Positions 61,491 through 64,000 of a stretch of 64,000 nucleotides of DNA are shown in pieces (the stretch's first letter is position 1; each line of letters opens with the position of its first letter). The stretch is from assembly GCA_015061915.1 (NCBI GenBank), contig SUVR01000004.1, forward strand, positions 53,093 to 117,092, in the 5' to 3' direction. A model generated the notes under the pieces. That model saw only the letters and a list, made by a program, of their open reading frames with translations, made no database searches and was not told the DNA's origin. Origin of the DNA: Lentisphaerota bacterium (lineage in GTDB: Bacteria; Verrucomicrobiota; Lentisphaeria; Victivallales; UBA1829). The position numbers were made by a program, and so were the translations under genes.

Positions 61491-62288
61491 ATGAAACCGT
61501 TGGCAGTACAGCTGTACTCCCTCAGAGAGTACGCAGAAAAAGATTTCGTCCAGGTCCTGAAAAAAGTCGCTGAAATCGGCTACAAAGCAGTCGAACCCGC
61601 CGGCTTCTTCAACCTCTCCCCCGCTGAATTCAAGAAGATCATTGATGACCTGGGTCTGGAAATGTACTCCAGCCATCGTCCCTGGGCTAACAGCACCGCC
61701 GATGTCAATGAAATCGTCGACATCATGGGTACCCTCGGTCTGGACAACTGCGTTTGCGGTTACGGTCCCGATGCCTTCAAGGATCTGGATGCCATCAAGA
61801 GAACGGCTGATAATTCCAACGCCATGATCGAAGCCTTCAAGAAGCAGGGCCTCACCCTCTTCCAGCACAACCACTACTGGGAATTTGAACGCATCGACGG
61901 CAGACTCAAATATGACATCTATGATGAACTCTGCCCCGATATGAAGTACGAAATCGACTGCTTCTGGAGCACCAACAAGGGCACCGAAGATCCCGTCGCT
62001 ATGCTCAACAAGTTCGCAGACAAGACCATCTTCATGCACATGAAGGACGGTATCTGCAAGCAGGAAGCGGACAACGCCGGCATGAAGAACGGCCTCCTCG
62101 ATATGAAGATCGATCTGCTCCCCCTCGGCACCGGTACTCTCCCCATTCCGGATCTGGTCAAGGCGGCTCCCGCACAGGTCAAGACCATCGTGGTCGAACT
62201 GGACTACTGCTCCGTGGAAATGTGGAAGGCGATCGAAGAAAGCTACAAGTATATGACCGAAAACGGTCTCTGCGCAGGCAACAAGTAA
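61491..62288 (+). CDS. Sugar phosphate isomerase/epimerase (xylose-isomerase-like TIM barrel)
   Basis: VQLYSLR, HNHxxEF, EID, HMKD and VELD motifs. Confidence 0.9.
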   Translation: MKPLAVQLYSLREYAEKDFVQVLKKVAEIGYKAVEPAGFFNLSPAEFKKIIDDLGLEMYSSHRPWANSTADVNEIVDIMGTLGLDNCVCGYGPDAFKDLDAIKRTADNSNAMIEAFKKQGLTLFQHNHYWEFERIDGRLKYDIYDELCPDMKYEIDCFWSTNKGTEDPVAMLNKFADKTIFMHMKDGICKQEADNAGMKNGLLDMKIDLLPLGTGTLPIPDLVKAAPAQVKTIVVELDYCSVEMWKAIEESYKYMTENGLCAGNK

Positions 62289-62318
62289 GTCGAACTTCTC
62301 ATCAGGAGAAAGAACCTT

Positions 62319-63515
62319 ATGGCTGCTGTGAAAAAAGCACCCGCAAAGAAGGCTGCCGCACCGAAGAAACCCGCCGTACCCCGGGGAAAGAAATTCCGCA
62401 AGGTCAAAATGGGAATCATCGGTTGCGGTATGATTTCCGACACCTACTTCCAGGCGTCCAAAAAATTCAATGTCATTGAAGTGGTCGCCTGCTCGGACAT
62501 CATTCCCGAACGCGCAAAAAAGAAAGAGGAAATGTACGGCTGCAAGGCTATGACCAATGAAGAACTGCTCGCCCGCAAGGACATCGAGATCGTTCTCAAC
62601 CTCACGCCTCCGCAGGTACACTCCAAAATCGCCATGGATACCCTCAACGCCGGAAAGCACGCATACAGCGAAAAGCCTTTCGGCGTGGACGAAGCCGATG
62701 CCGCAAAGGTTATGGCTCTCGCGAAGAAAAAAGGTCTCCGTGTCGGTTGCGCGCCCGATACCTTCCTCGGCGGCGGCATCCAGACCTGCCGCAAGATGCT
62801 GGATGACGGCTGGATCGGAAAACCCATCGCCGCCACCGCCATGGTTCTCGGACGCGGTCCCGAAAAGTGGGGTCAGGCGCCCTTCTTCTACGACTACGGT
62901 GCAGGTCCCATGCTGGACCTGGGTCCCTACTATGTAACGGCGCTGGTCAACTTCTTCGGTCCTGCCAAGAGCGTTACCGCCATCACAAAGAAGGGATCTG
63001 AATCCCGGACGCTCGGTGCGGAAGTCGGCGAAACCTACAAGGACATCTACAAGCCCTTCGACCGCTACCCGGTCACGGTGACCACTCACCTGACCGGCGT
63101 GATCGAATTCCAGAGCGGCGTCCTTGCCACAGTCATTGCCAGCTTTGAAGCGTACGCCCACAATCATCCGCCCATCGAAATTTACGGCGATGAAGGCACG
63201 CTGCTGGTTCCGGATCCCAACACTTTCGGCGGTCCGGTCAAGATCTTCCGTCACGGTGAAAACAAATGGATCGAAGCGCCCCTCTCCCATATCTACACGG
63301 AAAACAGCCGATCCATCGGCGCCGCGGATATGGCGATCGCGCTTCAGACCGGCAGAAAACACCGCTGTAACGGCGATCTGGCAAACCATGTCCTTGAGAT
63401 TATGCTTGCCTTTGACAAGTCCAGCAAACTGGGCAAAAAGGTCGATCTCAAGACGACCTGCGAACGCCCGGAACCCCTCCAGCTCGGTCTGGAACACGGT
63501 GAAGTTGAAAAGTAA
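62319..63515 (+). CDS. Gfo/Idh/MocA family oxidoreductase
   Basis: IIGCGMIS, GKHAYSEKP, CAPDTFLG and GPMLDLGPYY motifs; Lys/Ala-rich N-terminal tail. Confidence 0.93.
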   Translation: MAAVKKAPAKKAAAPKKPAVPRGKKFRKVKMGIIGCGMISDTYFQASKKFNVIEVVACSDIIPERAKKKEEMYGCKAMTNEELLARKDIEIVLNLTPPQVHSKIAMDTLNAGKHAYSEKPFGVDEADAAKVMALAKKKGLRVGCAPDTFLGGGIQTCRKMLDDGWIGKPIAATAMVLGRGPEKWGQAPFFYDYGAGPMLDLGPYYVTALVNFFGPAKSVTAITKKGSESRTLGAEVGETYKDIYKPFDRYPVTVTTHLTGVIEFQSGVLATVIASFEAYAHNHPPIEIYGDEGTLLVPDPNTFGGPVKIFRHGENKWIEAPLSHIYTENSRSIGAADMAIALQTGRKHRCNGDLANHVLEIMLAFDKSSKLGKKVDLKTTCERPEPLQLGLEHGEVEK

Positions 63516-63539
63516 TTTTCAGCGGATATCGTAAATTCG

Positions 63540-63574
63540 ATGCGCTCTGTGAAATACCGGAGCGCATTTTTTTT
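63540..63574 (+). terminator. Intrinsic terminator
   Basis: ATGCGCTC / GAGCGCAT followed by a T-run. Confidence 0.75.
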
Positions 63575-63631
63575 GTTTCTCTCTTGAAATGCGGATTTTC
63601 GGGAGTATATTGAGTGTAAGGAGAAAATACA

Positions 63632-64000
63632 ATGGAAGCCATCAACGAGATCAAAATGGAAAAACAGACTCATCCGGATCTTTCCGTGTTGAGCCCCTTT
63701 GATCTGGTATTTGAATACAAAACCGAGCCTGATCCCGGCTTTCACGGGGACTCCCATTATGCCTTGCAGATCTGTATGGTCCTCCACGGCGAAGCGGAGA
63801 TGATGCTGGAAAATTTCAATGATACGTATACTGCGGGCGATCTCTGGTGGAATATGTGCTGGGAACCCCATGCGTACCGGCTTTCCGGAAGACGAAACTT
63901 TGTAGTGGCAGTAAACATCGACGTGGAACAGCTTGGCTCCTGCAGTCCTTTCGGCGGTTGCAACTGGCTGGCGCCCTTTGTGGCGAAACCGCAAAACCGT
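63632..64000 (+). CDS. Probable AraC-family regulator, N-terminal cupin domain (runs off window end)
   Basis: Not in the ORF track. AAGGAG RBS; open frame MEAINEIK...DSHYALQICMVLHG...AGDLWWNMCWEPHAY. TTGAAA-N16-TATATT promoter at 63584-63611. Confidence 0.75.
   Translation, partial: MEAINEIKMEKQTHPDLSVLSPFDLVFEYKTEPDPGFHGDSHYALQICMVLHGEAEMMLENFNDTYTAGDLWWNMCWEPHAYRLSGRRNFVVAVNIDVEQLGSCSPFGGCNWLAPFVAKPQNR

Overview
A gene-dense chromosomal region of about 54 CDS from an anaerobic bacterium. Gene content and style suggest the PVC superphylum, probably Lentisphaeria/Victivallales; this is inference. Housekeeping genes include rseP (partial), dxr, dtd, folE, metY, prfB, der, panB, rnr, murA, truA, sfsA, rpsD, fmt, RNase G/E, dgt, lon, mraZ-rsmH-ftsL-ftsI, rarA, hisB and nifU-nifS. 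They are interspersed with carbohydrate enzymes (GH109-like, GH27, two GH2, SGNH esterase, sugar isomerase and oxidoreductase). I saw no rRNA, tRNA, CRISPR array, integrase or transposase. The most unusual items are: (i) two intergenic GC-rich elements (35106-35262 and 52217-52367), different in sequence, that each fold into an almost perfect four-way junction and share a GGTTCTGC..GCAGAACC arm; (ii) a self-contained operon encoding an IscU/NifU-like protein and a GGGtGRT protein; (iii) a 21-Cys lipoprotein divergent from nifU-nifS; (iv) an XPB-type helicase and DUF790/Bax1-like nuclease pair; (v) a 1321-aa orphan secreted protein; (vi) a candidate rpsD leader RNA. MurA has a Cys-to-Asp active-site change and prfB has no programmed frameshift.
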